A stretch of DNA of 63,216 bases, counting the filler, from Lenisia limosa (Eukaryota; Protista; Breviatea), in assembly GCA_001655205.1 (NCBI GenBank). It is 19 parts of 19 records of this genome, joined end to end, with 100 filler letters (N's around TTAATTAATTAA, not from the genome) between each part and the next. Parts side by side here need not be neighbours in the genome. Positions count along the whole stretch, not along the records: positions 54,840 to 61,736 come from LPNZ01000426.1; positions 61,837 to 63,216 come from LPNZ01006767.1; 17 more parts are not named here. One strand, given 5' to 3'. The notes under the pieces are model-generated. The model ran no database searches. It had not been told where the DNA came from and saw only the letters and a list, made by a program, of their open reading frames with translations. This document shows, piece after piece, positions 57,950 to 63,216 of this stretch; within the stretch, counting starts at the first letter, position 1; every line of letters starts with the position of its first letter. A program made the translations under genes and the position numbers.

Positions 57950-60590
57950 CTTTGAACACTTGTCACATTCCCCTGACCCCTTTAGCGCAAGCGTAACGCC
58001 TGTATTCAATGCTGCAGGAGAAAAGAGCGGTCCTTTAACAGGAGCTCCATCAAGTATGTTCAGAAACTTGAGAAACGAAGAAGGGCTCATGGTGGCAGGG
58101 TCTGTGTTGCTTCCACGTTGTTCAGCAAGCAATTTCGATTGCACGGAGCACGGTATCACGTCTACTCGAAAGTCGATCATATAATCATATCAAGTGGATT
58201 TTGGTCAAAAATGTTTATTCAAAGGCAGAAGAGAAAATGATAAATTCACACTATTAAATCTGAGATCACCACAAACATTGTCACTCAGCAGCATGAACCG
58301 CGGGTCAATGGTGTACATTTCCTCCTCGTATGCTAGCTGCTCGTTGGATCTCTGGCGAATCACATCGTGGGTAGCGTGAATGAGTCCTGGGGGAGGGGGG
58401 AGGATGAAAAATGGATATTTATCAATGATAGTTCACACGTACACGTGTGAATATGATCCAAAAAGGAATGTGAACATCCATTGTGAGATGATATAAAATG
58501 CTTAGAATCCTTCCTATTCCCCTATACAGCTCACCTCATCAGACGCCTTCATTAAGACCGCCTTCGCTCCCTTCATTGCGCGTCGATCCCCTCGCTTCAC
58601 GTCAAGCATGCCCAAGGTGACACTTAGGGGTTTATGAACATTTCTTTCTGCCCTTCTGTGGAGCCGAAAGGCTGCCACTCTTCTGTCTGAACATGACTAT
58701 TCTTCTAGAGAGGTTTTGACGCATTTTTTAGATCTTTAAACGGATGCCTTACTAATGTAATAAGTTAGACTCTATCATATCTCAATATATATTATATATC
58801 GATATCTCTTTTTTTTTTTTTTTTTCTCCTTTTTNNNNNNNNNNNNNNNNNNNNNNNNNNNNNNNNNNNNNNNNNNNNNNNNNNNNNNNNNNNNNNNNNN
58901 NNNNNNNNNAGATACTTTTTAGTGGAAAAACCTTGATCAAGGCGGCGTATTGAAGGGTGATCACCCTGAAGAAAAAAAGTTTGTTTGAGCTGCTTTTTTT
59001 TTTAAGAGAAATAATATACATGAGAAATCTTGGGAAACAAATAAATACATAGGGATACCAGAAACAAATTACCATACTTCCGCGCCCACGCTCCCTCTTT
59101 CCCACTGATCAACGGCGGGGAGTGGGGAGGGGTGTGTTTTTCTACTCCCGCAATTATTTCTAGTATTTTTGTATTTTCCACCACTTTCAAAATCCGTATC
59201 ACATAATCTAACGGTGAGCCAGCGGAAGTTTTCCTAATATCAGTGGGATCCCAGCGATCTTTCACTCAAACAAAAAAAACTTCCCCGAAACACACTAGGT
59301 GCTCGGAGAGCAGCTAGCTGAGTACTGGCTAACCAGGCTCAGTCTGTCACACCTCTATGTGATTTCAGGGAAGGGGGAAGAAAGAAAGCATATGTTTCCA
59401 AGGAGATAGGCCCCCCACCCTTCGGCTATGTCGCTGCTCCGACATCTGGCTCTGGAGGCCCTTGAGGGTGGCTTCCATGTCCATCATGCCCATGCCTGCG
59501 GAGAGGGGGGGGGAGGTATTAATGGAAAATTCTATGAAACTAAAAAAAAAACCCAAAATCAACTCTGCTAAACATTTGTGAAACACACGACGTTTAAAAA
59601 AGTGAAAGAAATAATAAGTAGTAGTGTTTTCTATTGTGTTCATTTTTCCAAACCCAATTTGATACAATGCTATCCTGATGCCTCACTCCAATATGAAACA
59701 AAGAGAATAGAGAAAAGTTTTTTTTTGAAGAATTAATGATAAAACGTATCTTTTATTTAAACTGAAGTGGGCACCATACTCCCAGCCCAAAAAAATTAGG
59801 CTTGCCTTGGGGATGTATAGAATGGGGGGGAGGGGGGAGTATTCCGATTGTAGATTGGGTTATTGGATTAGTGTGAGGTAAGGGAGTTCCTTATTTTCCA
59901 TATTTCGTACGAGCCATCAGTACATAATCTTTGGACATTGTGAGGATGAGTATCAGATTTCAAAGATTTGTCAACAGTCAGTTTGACTATTTAGAATGAT
60001 GTTAACGAAATTGATGAAGTTTTGGGGACCCCAATGGCTTGGAGAGAAACTGCAATAGATTCCATAGAGGGGCAATCAAAGGCTTTAAAACAGTCAAGGG
60101 TAGATAGGTTACAGTGGTCCCACCTTTTCCTCGTTCAGAGCTTTTTCGAGCATTTTGATATCTGTTGCGTAGTGTTTCCTTCGCTGAAAAAACCTTGCTG
60201 TGAGGGGTGGATGAGGTTTGGACTAGATTCAATTATCTTTAAGATTCGTGTATTAACTGTGGTCTTTTAGTGGAAGTGCTGTATCCCCTACTTTCTTTGG
60301 GATAGGGCTGACGAGGCAGCTTCTATGAATAGAAGGGGGGGAAAGCCCACGGAGGCATTCGGGGTAAATTGATGCAATAAGCTCCAGTACGTTGTCTGGC
60401 ATGAGGTTTAGCATACTATTATATATAGCAATGAAAAATAAAGAATAAGGTAGTATCTGGCAGAAGCCGAAGCCGTCCACACCATCACGCCTAGTGATTC
60501 TGTCTTTACCTGGAGAGGTGTTGTTACCACTAGAGAAATCGACTTTACTTCTGGGGGAATTATGGGTAAAGTGGAGAGTTATCTTGATCA
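57950..60590 (-). CDS. Hypothetical multi-exon gene(s)
   Basis: Splice-bounded open exons (GMGMMDMEATLKGLQSQMSEQRHSRR; LIHATHDVIRQRSNEQLAYEEEMY; DNVLELIASIYPECLR); gene boundaries unresolved. Confidence 0.35.
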
Positions 60591-61836
60591 TTTTATCCCC
60601 CTCTGAACCGCCAGATCCGATAGCTTCAAAACATATACATATATTTGACTGATTGAATTAAAACATAACCTATTTCTACATGTAAAGCAGGAAATGCACT
60701 TTGTTTTCCTGTCTGGACTAGGACAGAGTCCCTCCCGCAGGGTTTCTGGACCGCCCATGAAATGTGAGGTAGAAAAGATACCAATATTATGCGACTAGCA
60801 TCCCTAATAATAATAATATTTATGATAAACCTCACTATATAACTCAGAAATAAGAAAAACTAAGGAGTGGGAGGGAGGGGAAATTACAAGGTTAGAGAAG
60901 TGATTTCTTGCAACTTAAAAGGGTCTTTGAAAATAAAGCCCCATCTTATACAATGAACTGTACTGGAACTGAACTGTAAATGCACGGCATATTGATCCAT
61001 TCTTTTTATAACTATTATAATTTTCATTATACTAAACCTGCTAGCGCGTTATCATTTCTTTCTCGGGGATTTCTGTTGTCTCAGAGTTTGCAGGCGATTT
61101 CGGAGGGAATTTGGACGCCGAAATTCGCTTTTTGATTAAGTCTGACTTCTTCGCTCAAAGAGGGGTTGATGAGGGGGGTGAGTTTTTGGGGAACGCTTTT
61201 GAGCTTTGAATTAGGGGCAAGTCTGTGTGGTCACTGGCATATTGAGATGGAGGAATTTCGCAGTTTTTGAGGCAGTTGGCTCCGGTGGAATTTGTGGGAA
61301 TAGACGATTCTGGAAGTGGGAATTACGCCCCTTAGGTGAAGGACTATTAGGCCGGGTAGGTTGGTGATTCTAAAGCAGTAGTGGGCACCAATTTCCTTGA
61401 GTATTGAGAACTGCGTTTCGAGCTGCTGCCATTTGACTTTATTAGGTTCTTTTCATGATAAAATGAAGAATTGCCAAGCTAACCTCGAGAAAAAGCAAGG
61501 GAAACGCTTGAGAAGAGGAGAAAAATATGGCAAAAGTCATTGACGTATCACCAAAGTTTCCTTTCTTTCCCCCCTCCCTTACTACCCCCCCTGTCCCCCT
61601 TGTCCCGTAAAGGATCATGATATTAACATAAAATATGTTATGATATTTGTTGAAAATATGGTCGTTTTGAAAAAATATGACGAGTTTCCCGAAAAGAATG
61701 ACATTTCCAATGTCCCAAGGGTATATGATATATATTNNNNNNNNNNNNNNNNNNNNNNNNNNNNNNNNNNNNNNNNNNNNTTAATTAATTAANNNNNNNN
61801 NNNNNNNNNNNNNNNNNNNNNNNNNNNNNNNNNNNN

Positions 61837-61867
<31 letters not shown>

Positions 61868-62050
61868 CAAAGTGGGGTGCGTCGAAATAACTACACAGCC
61901 AAAATGAACTCTTTGAGGGAAAGACTATCATAAGAAGACAAAAAGAGGATTAAACTATGACCAGTTCCGTTATTAAAAACAACAGAAACAACCAACAGCC
62001 CCTTCAAAAACAAATAACAAGCCGAGAACTTGCAGACAGTCGCCACATAC

Positions 62051-62913
62051 CTTGACACAGTCGCCCTCGAGCGTGGTTTTCGAGAACATGTTCTTCTTCT
62101 GGCACTTCTTACAAACGCGGGTCACAGACAGGATCGTGATCAGCTCTTGGTCCTTAAGCGTCTAAAAGGTCAGAGGTTGGCTTCTGCATTAGGTTTGGAG
62201 TATGAATGAGGCAAAATTGGTGACTGAAAAATCCTCAAAATTCAGAATTGCTGCTAATACATATGGTGGAGAAAACCAGTAGAATATTCTATCTCAACTT
62301 GTGGTCAGAGGCAAGGAATACGATGAGGGCTTCACTTCGGTTTGAAAAAGATAAGTAAATTATCGATAGTTTTTGAAGAATTATCGAGAAAAACTGTCTT
62401 TTTTTCGAACCGAAGAGAAGCCCTAGCTGCAACCCTTGGCGACTAGGCCGACCTGGGCAATGGAAAGCGGCGAGTTACCATCGTTATCGCACAGGTCACA
62501 GTCGCATCCCGCCGTCACAAGAAGGTTCACAAACTTATGGTGCTGGAANNNNNNNNNNNNNNNNNNNNNNNNNNNNNNNNNNNNNNNNNNNNNNNNNNNN
62601 NNNNNNNNNNNNNNNNNNNNNNNNNNNNNNNNNNTGATGATTGTTTTTTGAACAAAAAACAATATTCTATTGAGGTAGCTTTCTTTCTACTTCTAATAAG
62701 CAAACTTTCGTTCTTCGAATTCTGAATTCGAATAATAAGCGTTGATTATGCTTCTCGACCAGAGCCACAAAACAACTTCAGATGTTACCCTCCTGCCTAT
62801 GGACATTACACCCCCTCCTCACTTGGCCATGAACAGCAAGAAGAAGCGCTGTTTCTCCCTTGAGGTTCCGCGAGTCAAGCTCAACGTCTCGGTCAACAAG
62901 GAGCTTGCCCGTA
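62051..62913 (-). CDS. Ankyrin-repeat protein fragment
   Basis: KLLVDRDVELDSRNLKGETALLLAVHGQ and HHKFVNLLVTAGCDCDLCDNDGNSPLSIAQ are ankyrin repeats. Confidence 0.8.
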
Positions 62914-63216
62914 CTATACTATGAGGAACAAAATCCTGCCTTCTCAACACCCCCAAGAATGACTGGACACATTGAAGAGGTTCTGTTAAGTAATAGGGGG
63001 CTTCGCTCCGGTCCGAAAAAGACCGGTGAATATCAATATTTATCGAGAAACTCCGTCTTTTTTGGGACTGTAGGGAAGCCCTAGTAATACGTAATTGCCA
63101 GGACAAATTTACGGGTTTGTTTCTTATCCCCTAGGAATTCACTTCGGTTCGAAAAAAGACGGAATTTCTCGATAAATCCTCGAAAATTATAGATATTTCC
63201 CCGGTCTTTTTCGAAT

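Noticed and set aside
3720-61792. TTAATTAATTAA as a biological repeat or motif, and gene clustering or synteny across the window
   Set aside because: Always centred in exactly 44 N + 44 N; it is an assembly spacer, so adjacency across it has no meaning.
232-63106. Most ORFs in the supplied track, e.g. 457-744, 15560-15868, 48021-48330, 25432-25956
   Set aside because: They run through N gaps, introns, microsatellites or tandem repeats, or lie antisense to spliced genes; they are not real coding units.

Overview
This is not one locus. It is about 19 short eukaryotic contigs/scaffolds joined by an artificial 100-nt spacer (44 N + TTAATTAATTAA + 44 N, 18 times), with further internal N gaps. 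Genes are heavily fragmented by GT-AG introns, so the ORF track is mostly uninformative and I assembled exons by hand. Recognisable fragments: [FeFe]-hydrogenase maturase HydE, dynein-2 heavy chain, KAP3, MO25, MAD2, NIFK/Nop15, an FtsH/AFG3-type M41 protease, a VPS13-like protein, an ESRP/hnRNP-F/H qRRM protein, an F-box protein, a kinase plus DSP-like protein, TPR and ankyrin proteins. HydE plus IFT motors point to an anaerobic flagellated protist (inference). Mobile DNA: a spliced pogo-like DDE_1 transposase, a decayed DIRS retroelement, and hAT-, Tc1/mariner- and Harbinger-type MITEs. The most unusual signal is a ~130-200 bp intronic repeat ('family B', about 20 full or partial copies). 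It lies sense to every host gene whose strand I could call, often ends at the 3' splice site, and in three cases appears to begin at the GT donor. That makes it a candidate intron-generating (introner-like) or splice-signal-donating element. Also notable: donor G-runs versus acceptor C-runs, tandem duplications straddling splice junctions, and AT-rich blocks with 21-34 nt introns. No rRNA, tRNA or CRISPR array was found.
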